In this document: in pieces, positions 43,189-53,176 of the stretch
Layout of the letters: the number at the start of each line of letters is the position of its first letter
Numbering within the stretch: position 1 is the stretch's first letter
From: an uncultured Oscillospiraceae bacterium
GTDB lineage: Bacteria > Bacillota > Clostridia > Oscillospirales > Oscillospiraceae
Assembly: GCA_947584295.1 (NCBI GenBank)
Contig: CANPWM010000002.1
Coordinates: 7,937-71,936 of the forward strand
Direction: 5' to 3'
Length of the DNA: 64,000 nt
Notes under the pieces: model-generated
The model's input: only the letters and a program-made list of their open reading frames with translations
Databases searched by the model: none
What the model was told of the DNA's origin: nothing
Position numbers and translations under genes: made by a program

Positions 43189-45661
43189 GGGTCTCGTCCT
43201 TTCCTGTTATTTCCTTGCCGGCCTCCGCGCTCTCCTCCGCTGTGGGAGCGCCGCCGGGAATGATCTCAAATTCCGCGAAATCCGCCAGGGCGGAGTAAAG
43301 CTCCTGCCGGGGATCCCCCTTGGGGGCCGCCGGAGGCTCCCGCGCCGGGGCCTGGGCGGCGGGGACGGGACTCTCCGCGCTCCGGGATCCCCCCGTGTCC
43401 GTATCTCCCTCAGGATCGTTCCCCTCCCCGCTTTGGGGGGCGGGGGCGGCGGCCGCGTCCTGAACGCCGCTCTCCAGAAGCCTTCTCAGCTCCTGATTGG
43501 CCCGGGCGGCCATGCGCCTGACCCGTACCATGTTGTCCCGCAGGCCCTCCACCAGCTCGTCCCGGTGGGTGACCATCACATCTACGGCCTCCAGCACCTT
43601 CTCCACGTCCATTTCCGCGATGGACTCCACCAGGGGCAGCCTCAGCATCTGGGCGCAGCTTTTCACCTTGGGGTCGTAGTCGAAGCCCAGGGTGGGCGTG
43701 CAGGTGCAGGCGGCGAAGATCAGGGCGTGCAGGCGCATAGCCAAGGCCAGGCGGCCCTCCCCGATGATGCCCATCACGTCCAGGGGCGTATAGCCGCCGG
43801 GGAGGACGGTGGCCGGGGAGCGCATGGCCTCCTTCACGTCCCAGCACACCGGCTCGTCCAGCTTGGGCTGCATGGGAATGAGAATGATCTTGAAGCCGTA
43901 ATGCTCATAGATGCCGTCGCACAGGGCGGCGAAACGGTCGATGTAGTCCGGCGCGCCGCTGATGGGCCGCACCGCCACGGTGACGAAGGGCCCCTCCACG
44001 CCGATGATGGAAAGCTCCCGCTGGGCCGCCGTGTGGCTGGGCTCCGGCATATTGTATACGGGGTCGGCGCTCTCGATAAGATCCGGCCTTGTAACGCCCA
44101 TATCCCGCAGCTCCGCCACCGAGTCCGGGTCCCGCAGCACCACGCTGTCCGCCAGCTCCACGATCTTCCGCACCCGCCGCCGGTTGGCCGGCTTGCGCAG
44201 CGGCCCCACGCCGTTGGCGTACAGCATGGTCTTTTTCCCCATCTTGTGGGCCAGCCAGAGAATGGACAGGTAGTAGAGCAGGGAGCGGGTGGAGGTGTTG
44301 TCCTGCAGCAGACTCCCGCCGCCGGAGACCAGCAGCTCGCACCGGCGGAGCGTCCGCCAGACGGCCAGGGGGGAGAACCGCTGGACCGCCCTGCAATCGT
44401 GCTTCTCCTGGGTGAAGGCGGGATTCTTGGAAAAGACCACGATCTCGATCTCCGGGTCGATGCCGTGGATCGCCTGACACAGCGACTCTAAAATCGCCTC
44501 GTCGCCGAAGTTATTGAAGCCGTAATAGCCGCTCAGGGCCACCCGCCGGGGCAGGCAGGCCCTGGCGTAGACCTCCAGGGCGTCGGCGGCCATGCGGCTG
44601 ACACTGTAATTTTGGCACACCACCTGCCGCCCGTAGGCGGCCAGCCGCTCATAGGCCGGCCCCTCCAGGGTCAGCGCCGTGGTCACGTCGTCCAGCAGGG
44701 CCTGGCGGGTAATGGCGGGCATACCCCGGCAGCAGAAGTTGGTGTCCACCCCCTCCTGGAGCTTCTCCTCGTCAAAGAGGCCCATGTACCCCTCGTTACC
44801 GGCCAGCACCACGGGCCGCCCCGTGGCCATAGCCTCCAGAGCCGCCCGGGAGACGCCCACAAACACGTCCCCGGCGGCGCAGACCTCGTTGATATCCGTG
44901 CGCGACCCGGTGAAGATCAGGCACCTGTACCCCAGCTTCAGATTGATCTCGTCGGCCCGGTGGGACATCTCCTGATAACGCTGGCCGTCCCCGGCGATGA
45001 GGATCCGCGCCCCCGGCACCCGCTGTGCCAGGGTGGGGGCGATCTCCAAAAGCGTCTCCGCCGCCATGGCTCGCTCCTCGTCCAGCCTGCTGACGTGGAC
45101 GGCCACCGGCGCGTCCGGGGGGATATTGAACGCCGCGCGCACCCGCTCCCCGGAGACCTCCGGGGAGAATTTTTCCGTGTCGATGCCGTTGATGGTGACG
45201 GTGATCCTGTCCCGGGCCACCTTGTAGTTGTCCGTCAGGTACTTCACGATGTCGTCGGAGACGGCGATGGTCCTGTCGCCCCAGTTGGTCAGGTGCCGCA
45301 GGACAAGACCCGGCTCAAAGACCCAGTGGGCGGTGGTGACCAGGGGGAAGCCCATGAACTTTTGGAGGATCCCGCACACAAAGGCGGGGATACGGGCGTG
45401 GGCGTGGACGATGTCGGGCCGCTCCCGCTTGATCTCCCGCCGCGCGATCCACAGCCCCCGCGCCATGGCGAAGGGGTTGCGGGTGTGGAGCGGCGCCTTG
45501 ACGTGGCGTATCCCGCTCTTTTCCAGCTCGGAGACATAGACGCCCCCGTTGGACAGCACCACCACCTCATGGCCCTGCCGCACAAGCTCCCGGGAGAGCT
45601 CTACGATATGGGTCTCCGCGCCGCCGATATCCAGGCCCATGGAGGCCATCAGAATCTTCAT
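43178..45661 (-). CDS. fusion protein: GT4 glycosyltransferase (N) + polysaccharide pyruvyl transferase CsaB-like (C) + low-complexity tail
   Basis: N-terminal MKILMASMGLDIGGAETHIVEL (GT4). The central RRVALSGYYGFNNFGDEAILESL and following region resemble the CsaB/PS_pyruv_trans family. Pro/Ala/Glu-rich C-terminus. Confidence 0.75.
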   Translation of the reverse strand: MKILMASMGLDIGGAETHIVELSRELVRQGHEVVVLSNGGVYVSELEKSGIRHVKAPLHTRNPFAMARGLWIARREIKRERPDIVHAHARIPAFVCGILQKFMGFPLVTTAHWVFEPGLVLRHLTNWGDRTIAVSDDIVKYLTDNYKVARDRITVTINGIDTEKFSPEVSGERVRAAFNIPPDAPVAVHVSRLDEERAMAAETLLEIAPTLAQRVPGARILIAGDGQRYQEMSHRADEINLKLGYRCLIFTGSRTDINEVCAAGDVFVGVSRAALEAMATGRPVVLAGNEGYMGLFDEEKLQEGVDTNFCCRGMPAITRQALLDDVTTALTLEGPAYERLAAYGRQVVCQNYSVSRMAADALEVYARACLPRRVALSGYYGFNNFGDEAILESLCQAIHGIDPEIEIVVFSKNPAFTQEKHDCRAVQRFSPLAVWRTLRRCELLVSGGGSLLQDNTSTRSLLYYLSILWLAHKMGKKTMLYANGVGPLRKPANRRRVRKIVELADSVVLRDPDSVAELRDMGVTRPDLIESADPVYNMPEPSHTAAQRELSIIGVEGPFVTVAVRPISGAPDYIDRFAALCDGIYEHYGFKIILIPMQPKLDEPVCWDVKEAMRSPATVLPGGYTPLDVMGIIGEGRLALAMRLHALIFAACTCTPTLGFDYDPKVKSCAQMLRLPLVESIAEMDVEKVLEAVDVMVTHRDELVEGLRDNMVRVRRMAARANQELRRLLESGVQDAAAAPAPQSGEGNDPEGDTDTGGSRSAESPVPAAQAPAREPPAAPKGDPRQELYSALADFAEFEIIPGGAPTAEESAEAGKEITGKDETHES

Positions 45662-46167
45662 GGATTGCTCCTCTCATCTACGTCCCAGATGACCCCCGTT
45701 GTGGAGACGTATTTTGTAGTAAAAGCGACCTGTCCGTTGACTCCCAGCTCAAAAGTCCTCCCCGCGTAATATCTGTCCCCATTGATGGAGCCGTCGGCCT
45801 TGACGGTGAGAATGACCTCCACATACCCCTCCGCCGTCATGTTCCTCACCTGGCCGTCCGTGGTGGATACGGCCACCGTGGCGGGGCTTATCTTGATATC
45901 CTCGATAACGCCCATGTCCTCGCCGCTGTCCGACCAGAGCCTGTCCTTCACCCGGAAGGCGTTGGCGGTGAACTCCCGCACCTTTTCCAGCCGGATCTGA
46001 TAGGTCACCGGCACGAAATTGTCGTCAGACACGTCGGCCTCGCCGCCGGAGAAGAAGCGCATATACGCCATCACCAGCAGGGCCGCCACCAGCAGCACCG
46101 CCAGAATGTCCACGGCGCTGATAACGCCGAAAAGCCTGCCGCGCTCGTCGATAAGCTTCCTTTTCAC
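45658..46167 (-). CDS. DUF4330-like membrane-anchored protein
   Basis: N-terminal IDERGRLFGVISAVDILAVLLVAALLV anchor, then a beta-rich domain. A paralogous neighbour lies upstream. Confidence 0.55.
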   Translation of the reverse strand: MKRKLIDERGRLFGVISAVDILAVLLVAALLVMAYMRFFSGGEADVSDDNFVPVTYQIRLEKVREFTANAFRVKDRLWSDSGEDMGVIEDIKISPATVAVSTTDGQVRNMTAEGYVEVILTVKADGSINGDRYYAGRTFELGVNGQVAFTTKYVSTTGVIWDVDERSNP

Positions 46168-46679
46168 TGCGCTTCACCCCTCTCTATCCCGATGATGTAC
46201 CCCTGGGCGTTCAGGCCCGGGATCCGCGCGTTCACCGGCAGGCCCACCTTGATGACGTAGCCGCCGTCCACGATGATGTCCGTCTCCGTCTCGGCGGCCT
46301 CCGCCGTGATCACCACCGTGGCCGTCTCCTGGCCCGGCACAGGCGCCGAGGCCACCACGTCCCGGGTCTCGTCGTTGACGTCCCGGACCGTGGGGGCCAC
46401 GGTGACGGATTCCACCGTCCCAAGGCTGTACTTCTTGATCTTGTCCACCACCGGCGCGCCGGGCTTTATCCGGGCGGCGGCCCCGTTCTGGATCCCCGTC
46501 AGCTCGATGGTGTAGCGCACCTGGATCCTGGTCTGGTTCTCCCCGGTCAACGCGCCGGAGGTGTTCTTGTCCCGGCTCAGAAAGAGCGCCGCCCCGATGA
46601 GGATCGCCAGCAGGATAAGCGCCAGGTCAAAGAGGTTGAATATCCTGGGCAGTCCCTTTTTCTTTTTATTTTCTTCCAT
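46164..46679 (-). CDS. DUF4330-like membrane-anchored protein
   Basis: Start at MEENKKKKGLPRIFNLFDLALILLAIL (GGAGG SD 6 nt upstream). Same architecture as the downstream paralogue. Confidence 0.55.
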   Translation of the reverse strand: MEENKKKKGLPRIFNLFDLALILLAILIGAALFLSRDKNTSGALTGENQTRIQVRYTIELTGIQNGAAARIKPGAPVVDKIKKYSLGTVESVTVAPTVRDVNDETRDVVASAPVPGQETATVVITAEAAETETDIIVDGGYVIKVGLPVNARIPGLNAQGYIIGIERGEAQ

Positions 46680-47793
46680 GCCGTGCCTCCAAAGTCTTTC
46701 GGTAGATCTCCTCGATCCGTCCGGCGAAGATCTCGCCGGTGAACCTGTTTTCATATTCCCTCCTGGCCCCCAGGCCCAGCCGCTCCCGCAGGGCCGGGTC
46801 GTCCGCCAGGGTCTTTATCCTCTCCGCCAGGGCCTCCACGTCCCGGGTCTTGTAGAGAAGCCCGCTGACGCCGTCGCTGACCTGATAGGGGTTGCCGCCG
46901 TAGTCGGAGGCGATGACCGGCACCCCCATGGAGAACCCCTCCAGCATCGCCATACTGGAGGCCTCCGTCCCCCAGGAGGCGTTCACCTGCACGTCCAGCA
47001 CGCTGAGTACCGGGGCCACGTCGGACTGGAACCCCAGGAAAACCACCCGGTTCGTCAGGCCCAGCTCCGCCGTCCGCCTTTTGACCTGCTCCTCATAGGA
47101 GCCTGTCCCGGCCACCAGGAGCTTCAGGCGCGGTTCTTCCGGCAGGAGTCTTGCCATGGCCTCCAAAATATCCGTGTGGCCCTTGTAGTCCTCGATCCTG
47201 GCCACGATGCCCATGACGAAGTCCGTATGGGCGACGCCGTACCGCGCCCGGAAGGCGGCGCAGGCCTCGGGGGAGAGCCGCTTCACCGGCTCCACGCCGT
47301 TCATCATGATCTCGATCATGCGGGGAGAAACGCCCGCGTCGGTAAGGTTCTCCGCCGCCGCCGGGGAGACGGCGATGATGGCGTCGGCGTAATGCTCGTT
47401 CAAAAGCTTATTGGCCCACCGGCCGGGGCCTTTTTTCATGTAGGGCTTCACCGGGAAGGCCGAATGGCGGGTGAAGATCACCGTCTTCCCGCACTGTCTC
47501 CCGGCGATGCGCCCGGTCAGGGAGCCGTGGGTGTGGACGATGTCCGGATCCACCTCCCGGATAAGCCGTTTCAGGATCCCCAGGGACGGCAGATCCAGCG
47601 ACTTGTCGGCGATGCCGTCCACCTCATGGACAACGGCGCCCCCGGCCAGCAGCGGCTCTATCAAAAGGCTCCCCCGGGGGACGGCCGCGTGGGTCTCAAA
47701 GCTTGTCCTGTCGGCGTATTTCAGATAGTTGAGAAGCACCCGCCCCGCCCCGCCGATGTTGGTGTCGGAGATGATGTTCAGTACACGGATCAT
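46666..47793 (-). CDS. GT4 family glycosyltransferase
   Basis: Start MIRVLNIISDTNIGGAGR overlaps the upstream stop (ATGA). C-terminal E-x7-E-type region (SWGTEASSMAMLEGFSMGVPVIASDYGG). Confidence 0.85.
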   Translation of the reverse strand: MIRVLNIISDTNIGGAGRVLLNYLKYADRTSFETHAAVPRGSLLIEPLLAGGAVVHEVDGIADKSLDLPSLGILKRLIREVDPDIVHTHGSLTGRIAGRQCGKTVIFTRHSAFPVKPYMKKGPGRWANKLLNEHYADAIIAVSPAAAENLTDAGVSPRMIEIMMNGVEPVKRLSPEACAAFRARYGVAHTDFVMGIVARIEDYKGHTDILEAMARLLPEEPRLKLLVAGTGSYEEQVKRRTAELGLTNRVVFLGFQSDVAPVLSVLDVQVNASWGTEASSMAMLEGFSMGVPVIASDYGGNPYQVSDGVSGLLYKTRDVEALAERIKTLADDPALRERLGLGARREYENRFTGEIFAGRIEEIYRKTLEARHGRK

Positions 47794-49208
47794 TCCCTGG
47801 CCTCCTTTGTCACAAGGGCGTAGAGCGCCGCGGCGGCGCCCACCACCGTCCAGAACATCAGCACCACCCGGAAGTTGTAAAAGGAGTGATCCGTCATGCT
47901 CTGGGCCGCGAAGCCCGCGCCGGCCGCCATCAGCGCCGCCGCCTGCACCTTTGTCCGTTTGTCTCCGGCCGCCGTCATGGTCCGGCCCAGGCACAGGGCC
48001 GCCGAGCAGAAGCTCCCCAGCAGGGCGAAGATGCCCAGGATCCCGTTTTCACAGAAGGTCTGCAAAAAGAGGTTGTGGGAGTGGGGGGCAAAGACGGCGT
48101 TGAAGCTGTAATGGGGGTAGATGGCCTGAAAGGCCGGGACGCCCGTGCCGAAGCCGCTGAGCCAGTAGTCCTTCAGCATATTGAGACACGCCATCCAGAT
48201 GTATACCCGGTAGGAGGTGGAGCTGTCGGCCATGTTCCCCACGCTCATGAGCCGCGCCATGATGGAGTCCGGCAGGATCGCCAGCAGGCCCACGGCGGCC
48301 ACAAGCCCCAGGGGGATAAAGCGCCTGTCCATCAGCACCAGGAACAGCGCCGCGCCGATGGCCAGCCCCAGCCAGCCGCCCCGGGACCAGGTGAGAACGA
48401 GGCACAGGAGCATCACGGCGGCCCCCAGCCCGGAGGCCAGCTTCCCCAGGCGGCTCCTGGCGGTGTAGATCCCCGCCGCGGCCAGGGGAATGACCAGCAG
48501 AAGATATTCGCTGAGTACGTTGGGGTTTTCCAGCGTGGACCAGACCCGCAGGGTGATGTCGGAGAACTCCACCTCGTCTATCCACACCAGGTTCCCCTCC
48601 ACGCCCAGGGCCGCCTGGAGGACGCCCCCCAGGGCCACCAGCGAGCCGGAGGCCACCATAAGCCCCAGGAGCCTGTCCAGCTCCCGCCGCTCCCGGCACA
48701 CGTCCGGGACGGTCAGGGCGAACAGGGTGAACGCCGCCACCAGAAGGCCCGTGCGCATACTCTCCAGCACCGTCACCGAGAGGAACGTTGACCCCAGCTC
48801 CACCCCGGCGAACAGGAGGATCCACTTTGTCAGGGGCGTGTAGACCGCCGTCCGCTCCCGCTCTTTGCCGTAGACCAGAAAGAGCGAGCCAAAGGCCAAA
48901 AGCGTCAGGGCCAGCACCGCCATGGTGGGCAGGATCGGCCCCCAGAACACCGCCAGGGCCACCCAGAAGAAGGCCCGCTGGGTGACGGAACCCTCCAGCG
49001 CCCGGTCAAGCCTTACCGCCTCAAAGCCCCGGCAAAGGCCCCTGTGGGCCTTGCGGGCCAGGGCGGCCAGAATGCCCGTGCCGCCCCGGGGCGCGCTGGG
49101 GGGCGTGAACAGGCGGGCCAGGAAGCTTTTTTGCCACTGACGGTCGATCCACGCGGCCGCGGCCGTCAGGAGCCGGTAGAGGAGGCTCCCCTCTAAGATC
49201 CGTTTCAT
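47790..49208 (-). CDS. O-antigen ligase/polymerase-like membrane protein (Wzy_C family)
   Basis: 472 aa, at least 10 TM, with a central loop carrying WSRGGW typical of O-antigen ligase-like proteins. Confidence 0.75.
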   Translation of the reverse strand: MKRILEGSLLYRLLTAAAAWIDRQWQKSFLARLFTPPSAPRGGTGILAALARKAHRGLCRGFEAVRLDRALEGSVTQRAFFWVALAVFWGPILPTMAVLALTLLAFGSLFLVYGKERERTAVYTPLTKWILLFAGVELGSTFLSVTVLESMRTGLLVAAFTLFALTVPDVCRERRELDRLLGLMVASGSLVALGGVLQAALGVEGNLVWIDEVEFSDITLRVWSTLENPNVLSEYLLLVIPLAAAGIYTARSRLGKLASGLGAAVMLLCLVLTWSRGGWLGLAIGAALFLVLMDRRFIPLGLVAAVGLLAILPDSIMARLMSVGNMADSSTSYRVYIWMACLNMLKDYWLSGFGTGVPAFQAIYPHYSFNAVFAPHSHNLFLQTFCENGILGIFALLGSFCSAALCLGRTMTAAGDKRTKVQAAALMAAGAGFAAQSMTDHSFYNFRVVLMFWTVVGAAAALYALVTKEARE

Positions 49209-50758
49209 TGGCTCTCCCCCCTTCCCAGTTTGTCTTTTATCAGTCTGACGGCGCCCCTGGCCTCGTCGGTCCTCAACAGCACCGCCAGGACGCCGTATAC
49301 CGCCGCGCCCACGGCCACCGGCAGCAGGAGCGTAAGGAGCTTCCCCGCGCGCCCGTCCACGGCCCGGAGCGTCCCGTAGGCCGCCCCGGCCATCAGTCCG
49401 GCGCTGAGAAGCTGTTTTGCGAAATTCACGAAAAACGCCCGGTCAAAAAAGCCCATGTTCCGCTTTTTCATGGGGACGGCCAGCACCAGGGCGCTGAGGG
49501 TGAAGGCCACGGCGGAGGCGATGGCGATGCCCGCCACGTCCAGCCGGGGGGCCAGGAGCATACTCAAAAGGATATTGGCCGCAATGGAGACGACCCCGGA
49601 GAGCAGGGGGATCACCCCCGACTGGCCGGCGAAATACGCCCGGGACAGCACGAACTGCGCCGCGTACCCCACCATGCCCAGGCTCATATACCGCAGCGCC
49701 CGGGAGGTGATGCCGATGGAGAAGTCGTCAAACCGCCCTCCCCCGTAGATGAAGGCCACCACGGGCCTTGCCATGACGAAAAGCCCCGCCGTCATGGGGA
49801 TCACCACAAAGAGGGTTATCCCCAGGGCCGAGCGCAGCGTCTCCCGCATCTTCTCCGGGCCGCCGGAGGCGTTCTCCCGGGAGAGCCGGGGGAAAATGTA
49901 GTTGGCCAGCTGTATCACGAAGATACCGGCGATGACGGTGTAGAGGTTGAAGGCGTACTCGATGGCCGCCACCCCCGCCCCGCCGAAGAGCCGGGAGCCG
50001 AAGCGGGAGTTGATGGTCTGGTTGATGGGCAGCACCCAGGTGCTGACCATCACGGGCAGCAGGAGCTTGCCCACCTTGCGCATCTCCGGGTTGCGCAGGG
50101 ACAGGGAGGGGTAAAAGCGAAAGCCCTTTTTGACCAGGGACGGCACCTGCACCAAGGCCTGAATGACCCAGGAGATAAGGAACGCCACCGCCAGGCCGTA
50201 GATGCCGAACCGCCGGTTGAGGGTGAAATAATAGGCGATGATGAACACGTTGGAGATGAGGCTGATGGCCGCCGGGACGTTGAACTCGTCCAGGGACTGC
50301 AGGATCCCCACAAAGGAGTAGGCCACCCCGGCGAACAGCACCATGGGCATCATGATCCTGGTGAGGGACGTACACAGCGCCGCCGTGGCCTCGTCGTAGC
50401 CATCGGCAAAGAGCCACGTCAGCGGCCCGGCAAACACCGTCCCCAGCGCCGTCATCAGGGCGCACAAAACGCACATGGCGGTCATGAAATTCCCGGCAAA
50501 GCGCATGGCGTCCTTTTTGCCGCGTTTGGCCATCACCTCCCCCATCACCGGGATCAGGCACGCGCCGATGGCGGAGGAAAACACCGTGTCGAAAAACACC
50601 CGGGGGATCCGGGAGGCAGTGAGGAACGCGTTGGCCTCCATGCCGCTGCCGTAATTGACCGTCAGCATACGGTCACGCACCAGCCCCAGGAGCTTTCCCG
50701 CGAAGGTGATGGCCACCATCAGGCCCACCGTCCCCACGGCCCCCTTCTTCTTTTCCAA
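49205..50758 (-). CDS. murJ: lipid II flippase MurJ
   Basis: 517 aa. N-terminal ITFAGKLLGLVRDRMLTVNYGSGMEANAFLTASRIPRVFFD matches the MurJ/MviN signature. Confidence 0.9.
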   Translation of the reverse strand: MEKKKGAVGTVGLMVAITFAGKLLGLVRDRMLTVNYGSGMEANAFLTASRIPRVFFDTVFSSAIGACLIPVMGEVMAKRGKKDAMRFAGNFMTAMCVLCALMTALGTVFAGPLTWLFADGYDEATAALCTSLTRIMMPMVLFAGVAYSFVGILQSLDEFNVPAAISLISNVFIIAYYFTLNRRFGIYGLAVAFLISWVIQALVQVPSLVKKGFRFYPSLSLRNPEMRKVGKLLLPVMVSTWVLPINQTINSRFGSRLFGGAGVAAIEYAFNLYTVIAGIFVIQLANYIFPRLSRENASGGPEKMRETLRSALGITLFVVIPMTAGLFVMARPVVAFIYGGGRFDDFSIGITSRALRYMSLGMVGYAAQFVLSRAYFAGQSGVIPLLSGVVSIAANILLSMLLAPRLDVAGIAIASAVAFTLSALVLAVPMKKRNMGFFDRAFFVNFAKQLLSAGLMAGAAYGTLRAVDGRAGKLLTLLLPVAVGAAVYGVLAVLLRTDEARGAVRLIKDKLGRGESQ

Positions 50759-50912
50759 CGCCTCTCACCTCTGTTTCTGCTCCGCTTAGCCGCGAACATT
50801 CTGAACCAATTTTATATTTTAGCACATCTTGCGTAAAATATCAACCACAATACACCATATTGTATAGGGTTTCTCCGTGAATATTTTGTGAATGGCCCCC
50901 GCCTTGGCGCTC

Positions 50913-50941
50913 TTGAAAAACCGGGCGGATTCTGGTATGAT
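50913..50941 (+). promoter_or_regulatory. sigma-A promoter of obg
   Basis: TTGAAA, 17 bp, TGG-TATGAT. Confidence 0.65.
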
Positions 50942-50982
50942 AAGGGCCATAGAACGAACCATTTGAAAAAGGAAGAATCGTT

Positions 50983-52257
50983 ATGTTTGTAGACAAGGCA
51001 GCCATTGAGATAAAGGCCGGCAAGGGGGGCAACGGGGCCGTCGCCTTCCACCGGGAGAAATACATCGCGGCGGGAGGCCCCGACGGGGGCGACGGCGGCG
51101 ACGGCGGCGATGTGGTGCTGATCCCCGACGCCAATATGTCCACCCTGATGGACTTCCGCTACAAGCGCAAATACGCCGCCGGGAACGGCATGGACGGCGC
51201 TGGCAAGCGGTGCAGCGGCAAGCGGGGGGAGGATCTGGTGATCCGGGTACCCGTAGGCACCGTTGTGCGGGACAGGGCCACCGGCGCCGTCATGGCGGAT
51301 ATGTCCGCCTGCCAGCGCTTTGTGGCCGCCAAAGGCGGCTCCGGCGGCTGGGGCAACGCCCATTTCGCCACCCCCACCCGCCAGGCCCCCCGCTTTGCCA
51401 AGGCGGGCCTGCCCGGCCAGGAGCGGGAGATCGTGCTGGAGCTGAAGCTCTTAGCCGACGTGGGGCTGGTGGGCTTTCCCAACGTGGGCAAATCCACCCT
51501 GCTGTCGGTGGTCTCCCGGGCGAGGCCCAAGATCGCCGACTACCACTTCACCACCCTTTTTCCCAACCTGGGGGTGGTGTACGCCGGGGAGGGCCGCAGC
51601 TTCGTGATGGCGGATATCCCCGGCATCATCGAGGGGGCCAGCGAGGGCGCGGGCCTTGGCCACGACTTTCTGCGGCACATCGACAGGTGCCGCCTGATCG
51701 TCCATGTGGTGGACGCCTCGGGCCGGGAGGGCCGCGACCCGGCGGAGGATTTTGACATCATCAACCGGGAACTCAAGGAGTACTCCCCCGTCCTGGCCTC
51801 CCGGCCCATGCTGGTGGCCGCCAACAAGTGCGACCTGCTGGACGGGGAGTCCCGGGCGCGGCTGGAGCGGCTGGAGAAGCGCGTCAAGGAGGCCGGTATG
51901 GCCTTCTTCCAGATCTCCGCCGCCGCCCATCAGGGGACGGAGGAGCTGACCCGGGCCATCGCCTACCGGCTCACGGAGCTGCCCCCCATCGCCACCTTCG
52001 CCCCGGACTATGTGGAGCCGGAGGCCCCGGCGGAGCTGCCCGACCCGGAGATCAACCGGGAGGACGGCGTCTGGTACGTGGACGGCGGCTGGGTGGAACG
52101 GCTGGTGGAGAACGTGAACTTCGGGGACTATGAGTCCCGTATGTATTTTGACCGCACCCTGCGGGAGCGGGGCGTCTTTGACCGCCTGGAGGCCCTGGGC
52201 GTCAGCGAGGGCGACACCGTCAGCGTCTGCGGCATCGCCTTTGAGTACCGCCGTTGA
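50983..52257 (+). CDS. obg: GTPase Obg/CgtA
   Basis: MFVDKAAIEIKAGKGGNGAVAFHREKY Obg fold, G1 GFPNVGKST, G3 DIPG, G4 NKCD, C-terminal OCT domain. Confidence 0.95.
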   Translation: MFVDKAAIEIKAGKGGNGAVAFHREKYIAAGGPDGGDGGDGGDVVLIPDANMSTLMDFRYKRKYAAGNGMDGAGKRCSGKRGEDLVIRVPVGTVVRDRATGAVMADMSACQRFVAAKGGSGGWGNAHFATPTRQAPRFAKAGLPGQEREIVLELKLLADVGLVGFPNVGKSTLLSVVSRARPKIADYHFTTLFPNLGVVYAGEGRSFVMADIPGIIEGASEGAGLGHDFLRHIDRCRLIVHVVDASGREGRDPAEDFDIINRELKEYSPVLASRPMLVAANKCDLLDGESRARLERLEKRVKEAGMAFFQISAAAHQGTEELTRAIAYRLTELPPIATFAPDYVEPEAPAELPDPEINREDGVWYVDGGWVERLVENVNFGDYESRMYFDRTLRERGVFDRLEALGVSEGDTVSVCGIAFEYRR

Positions 52258-52340
52258 CCCGAAAAAGGCCGCGCCTCCCCGGCCCGGTGCCAAAAAGGCC
52301 CCGCGCTATAAGCTGACGCGGATTCGGCTCCCGTCAGCTA

Positions 52341-52369
52341 TTGACAATTCCTGTTTAAAAGGCTAAAAT
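52341..52369 (+). promoter_or_regulatory. sigma-A promoter of the xpaC-telA cluster
   Basis: TTGACA, 17 bp, TAAAAT. Confidence 0.65.
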
Positions 52370-52419
52370 AGTGAATAAGTATATCCGCTCAAAGGGGGTG
52401 CGTCCTTCTGAAAAAGACC

Positions 52420-53055
52420 GTGAAAGTCCCTTCCGCCGTGCCGTTTTATGGGACGGCGGCTGTGTGCGCGCTGTGGTGCCTCCTTTTGCCCCTCTATAAG
52501 CTGTGGCATCTTCTGGTGTTCCTGGCCGCGCTCCTGGGGACGTATTTTCTGCTGAAAAAGCTCTTCCCCGGCACGGAGAAGGTCATTGACGTGCCTGAGC
52601 CGGAGCCGGAACCCACCGGGAACCCGGAGGTGGACGCCCTGACCCGGGAGGGAAAGCAGGCCGTGGCGGAGCTTCGCCGCCTGCGCGGCTCCATTCGGGA
52701 GCCGTCTGTCCGCAGCCGGGTCGAGGAGCTTGCGTCCCTGACGGAGAAGATCTTCGCCGACGTGGTGGACGACCCCCAGGACGTGCCGCAGGTGAAGCGG
52801 TTCGCCGGGTATTACCTGCCCACCACCATGAAGCTGCTGAACGCCTACGACCGCATGAGCGGCCAGGGCGCGGGCGACAACGTCAGCGGCACGCTGAAGC
52901 GCATCGAGGATATCCTGGATACCACCGTCGCCGCCTACCGCAAGCAGTACGACGCCCTCTTCGCCAACGAGGCCCTGGATATCGAGACGGATATCACCGT
53001 GCTGGAGTCCATGCTGAAGCGCGAGGGCCTGAGCGGGAAGGATTTTAACGTGTGA
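52420..53055 (+). CDS. xpaC: 5-bromo-4-chloroindolyl phosphate hydrolysis protein XpaC-like
   Basis: Two N-terminal TM helices then a helical domain, placed directly upstream of telA as in the Bacillus xpaC-yaaN pair. GTG start with a weak SD, so the start is uncertain. Confidence 0.65.
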   Translation: MKVPSAVPFYGTAAVCALWCLLLPLYKLWHLLVFLAALLGTYFLLKKLFPGTEKVIDVPEPEPEPTGNPEVDALTREGKQAVAELRRLRGSIREPSVRSRVEELASLTEKIFADVVDDPQDVPQVKRFAGYYLPTTMKLLNAYDRMSGQGAGDNVSGTLKRIEDILDTTVAAYRKQYDALFANEALDIETDITVLESMLKREGLSGKDFNV

Positions 53056-53072
53056 GCCTTTTCACTGTCTGT

Positions 53073-53101
53073 ATTATACCACAGGCGGAAGCAAATGTCA
53101 A
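53073..53101 (-). promoter_or_regulatory. near-consensus sigma-A promoter (copy C), antisense to xpaC
   Basis: Minus strand reads AAAAAATAATAAAAAATAATTAAAATAATG-CTTGACA-17 bp-TGGTATAAT. The predicted TSS is about 11 nt beyond the xpaC stop (53055), pointing into xpaC. Confidence 0.6.
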
Positions 53102-53176
53102 GCATTATTTTAATTATTTTTTATTATTTTTTCAGTCGTCCAAAACGGCTAATCCAAACAGAAAGGCAGAATTGAC

